Below are positions 18,418 to 29,248 of a stretch of 46,469 nt of DNA, one piece after another (the stretch's first letter is position 1; each line of letters opens with the position of its first letter). Made by a program: the position numbers and the translations under genes. The stretch comes from Myxococcales bacterium (GTDB taxonomy: Bacteria > Myxococcota_A > UBA9160 > UBA4427), in contig DUCT01000187.1 in NCBI GenBank assembly GCA_012959665.1, forward strand, positions 27,598-74,066. Direction: 5' to 3'. A model generated the notes under the pieces. It was not told where the DNA came from. It was given only the letters and a program-made list of their open reading frames with translations, and searched no databases.

Positions 18418-19030
18418 TAGGTTCTTGAGCAAGAGCAAAGGCTGCGCTAGCCTAGGGAATTCGTCCCGTAATCTTGCCCAAGTAGCTGTTTCGTTAGCGC
18501 TTTCTGAATTTTCTGTGTTCTCGGGGGGAGAGGGGTTTCACTGCCCGTTTTTGCAGGGAAACTCAGATCTACGGTGAGCCTCATCAATCGTGAACCGTGG
18601 CCGGCCCGAGAGAATAGGCAGAAAAATCGAGTCGATGGGAGACAGCGAGTAGGGACTAACGACGAGCGATTAGCGACGAGCGATTACGAAAAAAGAGGCC
18701 GCCTCCCTCTGACTGAACGAGAGGAAAGCGGTAGGAATACGGAGAGCAAGACGCAATTGAGCGGGTGCATTGCTGAAATAGTTGCAGAATTTTTCATAAA
18801 AATCCGCAGGGGACCCGCTCGTACACGATAAAACTGAGCAAATTCAAAATTCAGAATAAAATCAAGACATTAAACAGGCTCAAGGGCCACTCACACACAC
18901 CGGAGCAATCGCCAATCACCCCAAAGACGGAGCGGGAACCCTCGCAAGAAAACGAGACGGGGTTTCTCGCCCAATGCGTCAAATATTAGGGCGCGCGGGG
19001 TTCGCGATCTGCCAGGAGCGATAAGAATAT

Positions 19031-19228
19031 ATGTCCGTTATGAAGGTCAAAGAAAATGAATCCATCGAGCAGGCTCTTCGGCGTTTTAAAAAGGTCTGCG
19101 AGAAGGCGGGAATTCTGACAGAGCTTCGGCGTCGCGAGTACTACGACAAGCCGAGCATTCGGAAGAAGAAAAAAGAGGCGGCCGCGAGGAAGCGTGCGCT
19201 GAAAAAAGTTAGACGCACGGGTCCCTGA
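19031..19228 (+). CDS. rpsU: 30S ribosomal protein S21
   Basis: [34 protein letters not shown]; AGGAG upstream; precedes dnaG. Confidence 0.96.
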   Translation: MSVMKVKENESIEQALRRFKKVCEKAGILTELRRREYYDKPSIRKKKKEAAARKRALKKVRRTGP

Positions 19229-19259
19229 ATCTCAGAAGGCTCGGGTCGTGGAGTAGGCT

Positions 19260-21089
19260 TTGGGTCTCATCCCTGAAACAACAATCCAAGAGATACGAGA
19301 CCGAGCCGATATCCTTGGCTTGGTCGGTCGCTACGTAGATCTCAAGCAAGCCGGCCACAACAGTTGGAAGGGTCTCTGTCCCTTCCACGATGAGAAAACC
19401 CCGTCCTTCAACGTCAATCCGGGTCGTCAGGCCTATTACTGCTTTGGTTGCCAGGCCAAGGGCGACGTGCTCAGCTTCCTGGTCGACCATGAGAACCTGA
19501 CGTTTCCCGAAGCCGTGCGAACATTGGCGGCTGATCTCGGCATCGTGATTCCCGAATCAGATTCCGGTGATCGCAGCGATACCGAGAAAATTTTCGCGGC
19601 TCTCGAAGTGGCTCAACAGTGCTACCGCGAAGCCCTGCAGTCGCCCGAGGGACAGATCGCCCGCGAGTATCTCGAGCATCGGGGTTTGGACGCGGAGGTG
19701 ATCGATCGTTTCCAGATCGGGTATGCGCCCGATGCTTGGGACACCGTGGTGCGCGCCCTCGAGAGGGCCAAGGTTCCCGCCGACGTGGGGATGTTATCGG
19801 GCTTGCTCAATGAGCGAGCTTCGGGTGGTCACTACGATCGCTTACGCGGTCGCGTGATCTTTCCGATCCAGGATGTGCGGGGAAGGGTGATCGCGTTCGG
19901 CGGGCGGGCCCTCGGGGCCGATCAGGAACCCAAATACCTCAATACGCCCGAAACGCCGGTCTATCACAAGCGCCGCACTTTCTATGGTTTTCCCCACGCC
20001 CTCGAGCCGATTCGCCGGGCCGGCCGCGCCATCGTCTGCGAAGGTTATTTCGATGCAATCGCCCTGGCCCGGGCGGGCGTGGGTGAAGCCGTGGCCACGT
20101 GTGGGACCGCATTGACCTCGGATCATGCCCGGGACCTGAGTCGCCGTACGTCTTCCCTGGGGCTTCTCTTCGACGGTGATTCCGCCGGCAAGAAAGCCAT
20201 GGAACGAGCTCTGGAAATTCTGCTCCCCGCGGGCCTTCGAGTGCGCGCGGTTTCCCTGCCCGATGGTCAGGACCCCGACGATTTTCTGAATGCTCGCGGA
20301 CCCAAAGATCTGGTCGCCCTGGTGGATCGTGCGCCGGACGCGCTTGAAGTCGTGATTCGTCGCGCGGTGGCCGCTGGTTGTTCGACTCCAGCGGAAAAGT
20401 CCGATGCCGTGCGTCGAGTCGCGCCGCTGGTCGCGTCGATCCCCGATCCGGTGGAGCGCAGTGAGTACGCCCGTCGCCTCGCCCTCTTCGTGAGCGCTGA
20501 CGTGGCTGCGGTGGAGTCGGTGGTCCGATCGGTGAGGGGTGGCAAGAGTATTCCCGCAAATCCCCGGGTGGCCGCCTCCAGCTCAGAGTCCAAGCCGGTC
20601 TCGGGAGACAATTATGCGCCGATCAGCGATTCGGAAGCGCGTCATCTGCGACAGCTGGCCATGATTCTTTCGCGGCACCCCGAGCTGGCGAATGCCGCTC
20701 TCGTTGAGGAGATGCACGAAGCGCTGCCGAATTGTGCCCTCAAGGATCTTGTTTTTGCCTTCGTGGATGCGGGGGCCGAGGGGCATGTGGATGCCGAAGG
20801 GAGGGTCGACATCCTGGCCATGAAGGAACGTGTTTCTTCCGAATTGGCCGCTATGGCCTACGAAGTGGTCATGGACGAAAGCTTCTTTGCGAACGAAACC
20901 CCTGGATGGGAAGTCCTGACGCAGATATTGCGCAGGTTTGTTCTAAGAAAGCTCGATGCCGAACAAAAAATCATCAGACGTCGGCTCGATGATCCCGATG
21001 AGGATCAAGGGAAAGCGGTTGAAGATCTTCAGGCACTGCTGGTTCGCCGGCGAGCGCATGGAGCGACGGGTCTGGATACAGGCCTCTGA
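19260..21089 (+). CDS. dnaG: DNA primase
   Basis: CHC2 zinc finger [11 protein letters not shown]...[30 protein letters not shown] and FDGDSAG, DPDDF. Confidence 0.97.
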   Translation: MGLIPETTIQEIRDRADILGLVGRYVDLKQAGHNSWKGLCPFHDEKTPSFNVNPGRQAYYCFGCQAKGDVLSFLVDHENLTFPEAVRTLAADLGIVIPESDSGDRSDTEKIFAALEVAQQCYREALQSPEGQIAREYLEHRGLDAEVIDRFQIGYAPDAWDTVVRALERAKVPADVGMLSGLLNERASGGHYDRLRGRVIFPIQDVRGRVIAFGGRALGADQEPKYLNTPETPVYHKRRTFYGFPHALEPIRRAGRAIVCEGYFDAIALARAGVGEAVATCGTALTSDHARDLSRRTSSLGLLFDGDSAGKKAMERALEILLPAGLRVRAVSLPDGQDPDDFLNARGPKDLVALVDRAPDALEVVIRRAVAAGCSTPAEKSDAVRRVAPLVASIPDPVERSEYARRLALFVSADVAAVESVVRSVRGGKSIPANPRVAASSSESKPVSGDNYAPISDSEARHLRQLAMILSRHPELANAALVEEMHEALPNCALKDLVFAFVDAGAEGHVDAEGRVDILAMKERVSSELAAMAYEVVMDESFFANETPGWEVLTQILRRFVLRKLDAEQKIIRRRLDDPDEDQGKAVEDLQALLVRRRAHGATGLDTGL

Positions 21090-21156
21090 TTGGCAAGAAG
21101 TAGCAGCGGGCCAAGTGCGCTCGGCACTAAGGAAAGAGAAACGAGGAGATTCCCCC

Positions 21157-22821
<1,665 letters not shown>

Positions 22822-22862
22822 GCCCGCCCTCAGGGGTTTTCCATGGCTCGCTCTTTGAGCGT

Positions 22863-22907
22863 GGGGTTTGAGGCGGATGCGGGTTCATCCCTTACCTGTC
22901 AAACCCC
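22863..22907. terminator. Hairpin between the convergent rpoD and oxidoreductase genes
   Basis: GGGGTTTGA (22863-22871) pairs with TCAAACCCC (22899-22907), inner GGATG/CATCC; no clear U-tract. Confidence 0.35.
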
Positions 22908-24245
22908 TCAGCAGGGGCCGCCCACGCTTGCGATCCATGCGGCAAAGTCGCCCGGGTAGTCGACCGCAGACTGTCGCTGGGCGATGCGCTTGAGCAGAGC
23001 CTGCCGAGCCTCGGCATCGTTGGCCGGCCCCGCAGCGAGTTCGTCGGCCACACGCTCGGCGACCTCTGCGCCGGGAGGCTCGAGGGCTACTGTGGCGTCG
23101 GGGTCGTCGGAAACCCCGAGAAAGACCTCGACGGCGTCTTGTGAAACAGCGCTCGCATGTTTTCTAGAAGCCACGATATTTCCCTTGCCGGTGACCACGT
23201 TGCCCACCGAGAAAACCGTGGGGTAGGGGGCGAGTCGCCCATAGGTCCAATCCATGAAGTTGAAGAGTTCCCCCTTCATCTCGATGCCCTCGATGGGGTC
23301 GGGAATGCTGCCGATGGAGCTGATGACAACCGGCCCCCGGCGCTCAAAGGTCTCGTCGGTGGTCTTAACCCGGCCGTTTTCGATCTGCGTACGACGAAAG
23401 CGAAGGCCGACCAATTGGCCGCCCTCCTCCAAGAGCCCATCGGGCGCGGCGAGGGGCTCGACCTTCAACTTGAACTTTTCGCTGGCCTTGTTGAGCAGAG
23501 TTCGGCGCGATTTCTTGACCTTCTCGATGCGCTCTGAAGACGCATCGTCGGGGATTGAAACCAGGGGCATATCCTCTTCGCGCCGGCGGTAGTAGATGGT
23601 GCAACCCGCGAGCCCCAGGTCTTCCCAGCTCAAATCGTGGGCAGCAAGGGTTTTCGGAATTCCCTTGACCTCCAGTTCCGTCGTGGAGAGGGCGATACCT
23701 CGCTCGGCGAGGGCGCGCTGGGTGCAAGTCAGGGTGATGATCTTGGCGACATCGATTGAGGCAAGCCCGCCCCCCACGACGATGCTGCCGTCGTGGACGT
23801 CGAAGCGCTCCCCGGAAAAATCGGGATCCTCGGCATGGTTGAAGGCGATGACGAAAGGGTTCTGGTAGACGAGCCCCTTTCCCAGATAACTCCCCGCGCC
23901 GTCGATGGGGAGCGGCCGGTCTTGCCAAGCACCATTCGCCAGAATCACGCTGGCAAATCCCCAATCATTGACGAGTTCGTCAAAGGCGACGTCTCGGCCA
24001 ATCTTTGTCGCCGGAATGAAGTGGACGAGAGGGTGCGAGAGCTTTTCGCGAATCGTCCCGTACTCCTTTTGCCGGAGTTTTTCGTGCCAACGCGGAAGGC
24101 CGTCTTCAATTTTCCCGTACGGGCGGCTGTTCTGTTCAAAGACGGCGACGGTCACACCTCGGTTTGCGAGTCGGTGGGCAATCTCAGCACCTGCGGTCGC
24201 TCCGCCGATGATTGCAACGCAATGGCCGGGAGAGGGATCTGTCAT
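22908..24245 (-). CDS. FAD/NAD(P)-dependent oxidoreductase (ferredoxin-NADP reductase FprA / GltD-like fold)
   Basis: N-terminal dinucleotide-binding VAIIGGATAG, PYGKIEDGLP.WH, LANGA, second site VVGGGLASIDVA, YYRR, SSIG; start trimmed to the ATG at 24245. Confidence 0.75.
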   Translation of the reverse strand: MTDPSPGHCVAIIGGATAGAEIAHRLANRGVTVAVFEQNSRPYGKIEDGLPRWHEKLRQKEYGTIREKLSHPLVHFIPATKIGRDVAFDELVNDWGFASVILANGAWQDRPLPIDGAGSYLGKGLVYQNPFVIAFNHAEDPDFSGERFDVHDGSIVVGGGLASIDVAKIITLTCTQRALAERGIALSTTELEVKGIPKTLAAHDLSWEDLGLAGCTIYYRRREEDMPLVSIPDDASSERIEKVKKSRRTLLNKASEKFKLKVEPLAAPDGLLEEGGQLVGLRFRRTQIENGRVKTTDETFERRGPVVISSIGSIPDPIEGIEMKGELFNFMDWTYGRLAPYPTVFSVGNVVTGKGNIVASRKHASAVSQDAVEVFLGVSDDPDATVALEPPGAEVAERVADELAAGPANDAEARQALLKRIAQRQSAVDYPGDFAAWIASVGGPC

Positions 24246-24375
24246 GCGGCGATTCTTGCAGTTTGTTTGCTTCGCCACAATGATGAGCGCCGGCCCAGGA
24301 GGCTCCGGCGCAGAAAATCCCCCCCCCATTGGCGGCCCTCGGCGGTGGGGCCGGATGCGGTACGCTGAGTTCGGC

Positions 24376-24451
24376 GGGCCCGTAGCTCAGCGGTTAGAGC
24401 AACCGGCTCATAACTGGTTAGTCCTCGGTTCAAATCCGAGCGGGCCCACCA
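24376..24451 (+). tRNA. tRNA with CAT anticodon, most likely tRNA-Ile2 (lysidine-modified)
   Basis: Acceptor GGGCCCG/CGGGCCC plus ACCA, D-arm TAGCTCAGCGGTTAGAGC, anticodon arm ACCGG-CTCATAA-CTGGT, T-loop GTTCAAATC; paired 1:72 and no GGG/CCC anticodon stem argue against fMet; C4/C5 and position after rpoD fit Ile2. Confidence 0.92.
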
Positions 24452-24518
24452 CCTTGCTCCGCCGCTCCGATCCCAGGCTGTTCGGCCCGAGCTTCCCGGT
24501 GGAGTCGGCGCCCGGAGG

Positions 24519-25049
24519 CTAGCGCCCGGCCACTCGACGCATGGTGGGCATTTCTAGGGCGGCGAGATCGGCCTTCTGCTCGGCAAGGAAGATCGCGACG
24601 CCGCCGGTGGGCTCAGCCCCGGTGGACTCCCGGAGGCCAGCGGGGCTCCCGGCGTCTGCCTGGTAGCCGCTCCTGACCCGGAGATAGAGGGTTTGCCCGG
24701 GCTGGGCGGTGAATGCGACGCTATTCCATGCGCGCGGGATGATGCCCAACCACCTCAGCCGGGCCTTCAGGACGTGGCGCCCCGGCCCCAGCAGGAGGGA
24801 TAGGTACTCGCCCCTGTGCAGTTCTCCCAGGCTCTGGGCATCGATTTTCAGGTCGACGGCGGGAACGCCCCGAAGGGGTTCGGCCCGGTAGATGTAGACA
24901 AGGGCCTCGCCGGGACCGGGCTCCGTGGCCGGGACGAAGAGGGCGCCTCCGGGGCCGGTTGTCGTGCACCCGAACAGGGTCAGGCCGAGCAGTGCGATGC
25001 TCGCCCGGGCGACTCTCTGCCGGTGCGTGCGATTCTTCGGTCCGGGCAA
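24519..25049 (-). CDS. Putative lipoprotein, DUF2846-like
   Basis: Basic N-terminus, hydrophobic helix, lipobox LFGC; ALVYIYR, LGEL..GEY....L.PG.H, PGQTLYLR. Confidence 0.7.
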   Translation of the reverse strand: MPGPKNRTHRQRVARASIALLGLTLFGCTTTGPGGALFVPATEPGPGEALVYIYRAEPLRGVPAVDLKIDAQSLGELHRGEYLSLLLGPGRHVLKARLRWLGIIPRAWNSVAFTAQPGQTLYLRVRSGYQADAGSPAGLRESTGAEPTGGVAIFLAEQKADLAALEMPTMRRVAGR

Positions 25050-25205
25050 GTTTCCTCCGTGGAGCGCGCTTGTCAGACTCCGGGGTTGGAACTGAATTCT
25101 GCTGGATTCTAGCGATGTTGCCGATCTGTGCGAGGGATCCGGGAGGGGGTCTCTCTGCTATGCTGGGGAGTTCAAACGCGACGGCACCGGCTGGGCAGAA
25201 TTTCC

Positions 25206-26288
25206 ATGAAAAATAACAAGGATCGCTACTGGGATTGCCTCGATCAGGCGATGGAAGCCTCCCACGGCGGCCGAATCGAAGAGGCCCTGGCGTGGCTGGA
25301 AGAGGCCCTCAAGGCGAACCCCGGAGGCGCAGAGGCGCACAACGGCCGGGGCGAAATTCTCTGGGATGAGGGACGCGTCGAAGAATCGCTCTACGAGTTT
25401 GAGCGCGCGATTGCCACCGATCCAAAGTTCGGGACCGCGCATCTCAATCGCATCGAACTTCTAGTCGAAGAGGTCGGTGAATTCGAAACCGCCCTAGAGG
25501 CCTGTGACGATCTGCTGGCCGGTCTGCCTTCCCGCCCACGCCTGGACCGGCCCTTCCAAGCGGAGCTCTGTTACCTGAAGGCCAAGTCTCTTTTCTATCG
25601 CGACGATCTTGAGGGCGCGGTTTTCTTGATTCGGCGAGCGACGAAATCGGGAGGCGAGCAGCCCACCTACAGCGCATTCGAGGGTCATGTGCTCTTCGAG
25701 ATGGGTGCCTATGCCGAGGCCCGGCGTGTGCTCGAACGGGCCCTTGCCTGTGAGCCCGATTCCCCCCATATCGTTTACAGTCTGGGTCTCGTGCTGGAGC
25801 GCATCGTCGCGTCGGGGAGTGAGGAGTTTTCGACGGGAGCCGTCGCCGCCGCTCGAACGGGTGCAGAAGCCGCTTTTGAACGCGCCCATGCCCTGGACCC
25901 GCTGCAGTTTCCGATCCCGGTTTCTGTGAGTACGAAATTTTTTGAAGAGGCCATCGCCGAGGCCTTGGATAATCTACCGCGCTCGATTCGGGAATATGTC
26001 GCAAACGTGCCGATTCTCATCGAGGATTTCCCGACTCTGGACCGGGTGGTGGGGGAACGTCTTTCGCCCCAACTACTGGGTCTCTTTGTCGGGATTCCGC
26101 GCACCCAGGCGGCCGCGACGGAGCAGGTGCCCGATCTCGATCAGATCCTGCTCTTCAAGGGCAATCTCGAAAAGATCTGCCGAGACCGCGAGGAGTTGAT
26201 CGAACAGATCCAGATAACGGTTCGGCACGAGATAGGCCACTACCTGGGCCTTGACGAAAACGATCTCGAGCGGCTGGGCCTGGCCTGA
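25206..26288 (+). CDS. TPR-repeat protein with C-terminal minimal zincin metallopeptidase domain
   Basis: TPR-like helices (EEALAWLEEALKANPGGAEAHNGRG); C-terminal LLGLFVG...ILLFKGNL...ITVRHEIGHYLGLDE..L..LGL (HExxH). Confidence 0.85.
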   Translation: MKNNKDRYWDCLDQAMEASHGGRIEEALAWLEEALKANPGGAEAHNGRGEILWDEGRVEESLYEFERAIATDPKFGTAHLNRIELLVEEVGEFETALEACDDLLAGLPSRPRLDRPFQAELCYLKAKSLFYRDDLEGAVFLIRRATKSGGEQPTYSAFEGHVLFEMGAYAEARRVLERALACEPDSPHIVYSLGLVLERIVASGSEEFSTGAVAAARTGAEAAFERAHALDPLQFPIPVSVSTKFFEEAIAEALDNLPRSIREYVANVPILIEDFPTLDRVVGERLSPQLLGLFVGIPRTQAAATEQVPDLDQILLFKGNLEKICRDREELIEQIQITVRHEIGHYLGLDENDLERLGLA

Positions 26289-26334
26289 AAGCGCTTGCCA
26301 CGGATGCGCCCGCGCCGAGCGCCCGGCTTCCGTG

Positions 26335-26445
26335 CCTTCGCTCCCATAGCTTCACCGTCGCGCCTATACCTTCGCGCCTATACCGTCGCTCCTATACCTT
26401 CGGTCCTATCCTATACCTTCACCTTCGCTCCTATACCCCCGCTCC
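26335..26445. repeat. Degenerate tandem 14-bp repeat CC(T/G)TCGC(G/T)CCTATA, about 7 units
   Basis: Units at 26335, 26355, 26369, 26383, 26397, 26422, 26436 with 6-bp partial inserts. Confidence 0.85.
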
Positions 26446-26512
26446 GGCGGGTCTCCGGCGGTGCCGGTTCGGTGAAAGTCCGGTTCCCGCGTATTGGGGC
26501 TAGGCTGTCGGG

Positions 26513-27982
26513 GTGAGCGAACCCCCCCTGACTTTCTCGGGCAGCCCCGCCATCTTGATCGAGCGCCTAATCGCCGTGGTGGGTGAGGATCACTGTCTCT
26601 CCCGGCCCGAGGAACTTTTCACCTACGGCTGCGATGGCCTGACTCTGGATGCTCATCGGCCCAGCGTCGTGGTTCTGCCAAAGAGCAGCCAAGAGGTGGC
26701 CGCCGCGGTGGCGATCTGCCGGGAACTGGGCTGCCCCTTTGTGCCCCGGGGCGCGGGGACCGGGCTTTCCGGGGGGGCGACGCCGCTTTTTGGGGCGGTG
26801 GTGATTTGCTGCTCGCGCATGGGGGAGATCCTCGAGATCGATGCCGAAAACCGAATTGCCGTGGTGCAGCCCGGTGTCGTCAACGCCCATCTCTCCCGAG
26901 CCGTGGCGGACCTGGGTTTGTTCTACGCCCCCGACCCCTCCAGCCAGCAGGCGTGCACGATCGGCGGCAACGTGGCCGAAAATTCCGGCGGTCCCCACAC
27001 GCTCAAGTATGGAACGACCACGAATCATGTTCTGGCGGTGGAGATGGTTCTTCCCGATGCCTCCACGGTTCGGCTCGGATCGCCCACGGGATTTTCCCCG
27101 GGCTACGACTTGGTGGGCGCGGTGGTCGGGAGCGAAGGAACCCTGGGCATCGTGACGGAGATCACGGTTCGATTGATGGCCATCCCCGAAGCGGTGGAGA
27201 CGATCCTGGCCATCTTTGACGATGTCCCCTCGGCCTGCCGTCTTGTTGGGGGAATCATTCGGAGCGGTATGGTTCCCGCGGCCCTCGAGGTTGTCGACCA
27301 ACGCACGATCCGTGCCGTGGAGGCGAGTGTCTACGCCGCGGGGCTACCCACCGAGGCTGGGGCCGTTCTGATCATCGAACTCGATGGCGCGGCCTGCGAG
27401 ATGGAGGGTCAGCTCGCCCGGATCCGCGCGCTTGCCGAGAACGAAGGTGTGCGCGATCTCCGGATCGCGGAGAATGCTGAGGAGCGAACTCTTTTCTGGC
27501 GCGCTCGCAAGGGAGCCTTCGGAGCTATGGGGCGTCTGGCGCCGGATCTCTACGTGCACGACGCAGTGGTTCCCCGGGCCAGCCTTCCCGAGGTGCTCGA
27601 GGAAATCTGCGCCATCGGGGATCGCTATTCGCTGAAGCTCTCCAATGTCTTTCATGCGGGGGACGGAAACCTGCACCCCAATATTTCATTTGACCGTCGG
27701 GATCCCGACGAACTGGCTCGGGTTCTCGCTGCGGGCCGAGAGATGCTCGAACTCTGTGTCCGCGTCGGTGGCGTGCTGACCGGAGAGCACGGCGTGGGGA
27801 CCGAGAAGCGTGACTATATGGGTATGCTCTTTTCCCCGGATGACCTCGATGCCATGCGGCGATTGCGCGATGCCTTCAATCCCGATGGCCTGTGCAATCC
27901 CGGCAAGCTGATTCCCACGACCCGAGCCTGCATGGAATCGAATCCCAAGGCTCGGGGTTACGATGAGGTTCCCCTGGAATGA
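26513..27982 (+). CDS. glcD: Glycolate oxidase FAD-linked subunit GlcD
   Basis: PRGAGTGLSGGA, YAPDPSSQQACTIGGNVAENSGG, GSEGTLG, FHAGDGNLHP, GEHGVG, NPGK. Confidence 0.9.
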   Translation: MSEPPLTFSGSPAILIERLIAVVGEDHCLSRPEELFTYGCDGLTLDAHRPSVVVLPKSSQEVAAAVAICRELGCPFVPRGAGTGLSGGATPLFGAVVICCSRMGEILEIDAENRIAVVQPGVVNAHLSRAVADLGLFYAPDPSSQQACTIGGNVAENSGGPHTLKYGTTTNHVLAVEMVLPDASTVRLGSPTGFSPGYDLVGAVVGSEGTLGIVTEITVRLMAIPEAVETILAIFDDVPSACRLVGGIIRSGMVPAALEVVDQRTIRAVEASVYAAGLPTEAGAVLIIELDGAACEMEGQLARIRALAENEGVRDLRIAENAEERTLFWRARKGAFGAMGRLAPDLYVHDAVVPRASLPEVLEEICAIGDRYSLKLSNVFHAGDGNLHPNISFDRRDPDELARVLAAGREMLELCVRVGGVLTGEHGVGTEKRDYMGMLFSPDDLDAMRRLRDAFNPDGLCNPGKLIPTTRACMESNPKARGYDEVPLE

Positions 27983-29247
27983 GCGAAGAAGTGGCCCCGG
28001 GAACAATCGATGGCCTGCGAGCCGTGGTGGCCGATGGTGTTCGATTGCTGGACCCGCCCGAGAGAACGGGCGGAAGTCGCTTGCTGGCCCGGGTGGAGCC
28101 GTCGAGCGGCGAAGAATTGGCCGAGTGTCTCGGCGTTTTTGCCCGCTGCCGGGAACCCGTGCTCGTGACCGGGGCGGGAACGCAGTTGGACCTTGGCAAT
28201 CCGGCCCGGGGCGTCTCCGTCGCGCTTTCGTGCCGCCGATTGAGGGGGATCGTGGAACTCGATGCCGCCGATGGGGTCGTGCAAGTCTCGGCCGGGACGC
28301 CCTTGGCCGAGCTTGACCGCGAGGTCGAGGCTCAGGGTTGGCTGCTTCCCCTGGATCCCCCCAACCGCGGGGGCACCGTGGGGGGGGCGTTGGCCACCGC
28401 CACCTGCGGCCCGCGCCAGCGCGGGTTTGGACCGGTTCGCGATGCAGTCCTCGGAATGGACACCGTGATGGCCTCGGGTGCGCGGACCCGATGCGGAGCC
28501 CGGGTGGTGAAGAATGTGACGGGCTACGACCTGGCGAAGCTCTATGTGGGCTCCCTGGGAACCTTGGCCGTCATGGAGAAGGTGTGGCTGCGCCTCAAAC
28601 CGATTCCCGCATCGATCCGGGTGCTGGAGGTCGATCCACTGGACGCTCAGGAAGCGTTCGGATTGGCGGTCGCCGCCGGGCGCAGGGGTTCTGCCCGGGC
28701 GGTGGCGCTGGTGGGACCCGAACCGGGGACCCAAGAAAAAAACTCCGACCCCTGGCGGCTTGTGGCCGAATTTGCCGGTGAGGCAGCGGCCACCGACGCC
28801 GATGCAAACTGGCTCGCTGCCGGCCGGCCGGCAAAGGCGGGCAGCGAGGCGAGTATCGAGGCGGTTCGTGTACTTCAGGGTGAGCGCAGGCCGATGGGTC
28901 TGAAGGCGCGGATGCATCTTTTGCCGGGGGCATTGGCGGCGGCTTGCGTTCACTTGCAAGCCTACGGCGCTCGGGTCCTTGCCTACCCCGAACCAGGCGT
29001 TGTTCACGCGAGCTTCGAGCCCAGGGGCGAGTCCACACCCGATTGGTTGCCCGGAGTCCTCGGGAGGCTCGAGGAAATTAGCGTGGCCGGGGGCGGCCAG
29101 TGGGTGGTCGAAGCCCTGCCCGAGGAGGCCCGAGCCGATTGGGATGTATTCCCGGGGGCGTCGGGGTTGGCGCTGATGCGTTCCATAAAAGAGCGGTTCG
29201 ACCCGGATGCGATCCTGAATCCCGGTCGCTTCGCTGGGCGGATTTGA
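27979..29247 (+). CDS. glcE: Glycolate oxidase FAD-binding subunit GlcE
   Basis: GTVGG, VVKNVTGYDL.KL..GSLGTL, K.RFDP..ILNPGR; ATGA overlap with glcD. Confidence 0.85.
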   Translation: MSEEVAPGTIDGLRAVVADGVRLLDPPERTGGSRLLARVEPSSGEELAECLGVFARCREPVLVTGAGTQLDLGNPARGVSVALSCRRLRGIVELDAADGVVQVSAGTPLAELDREVEAQGWLLPLDPPNRGGTVGGALATATCGPRQRGFGPVRDAVLGMDTVMASGARTRCGARVVKNVTGYDLAKLYVGSLGTLAVMEKVWLRLKPIPASIRVLEVDPLDAQEAFGLAVAAGRRGSARAVALVGPEPGTQEKNSDPWRLVAEFAGEAAATDADANWLAAGRPAKAGSEASIEAVRVLQGERRPMGLKARMHLLPGALAAACVHLQAYGARVLAYPEPGVVHASFEPRGESTPDWLPGVLGRLEEISVAGGGQWVVEALPEEARADWDVFPGASGLALMRSIKERFDPDAILNPGRFAGRI

Positions 29248-29248
29248 C

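Noticed and set aside
18700-18760. RNase P RNA, prompted by GAGGAAAG
   Set aside because: Lacks the following TCC of the conserved GAGGAAAGTCC and the matching 3' P4 strand
18574-18831. 85-aa ORF in the hisF-rpsU gap
   Set aside because: No clear Shine-Dalgarno, atypical codon composition and no motif; RNA structure explains the region better, though a small protein is not excluded
20956-21156. Upstream extension of RpoD in the ORF track
   Set aside because: Overlaps the dnaG 3' end and does not resemble region 1.1; a strong GAGGAG supports the ATG at 21157
24376-24520. Genomic island integrated at the tRNA
   Set aside because: No integrase, no duplicated tRNA 3' end noticed and no compositional shift downstream
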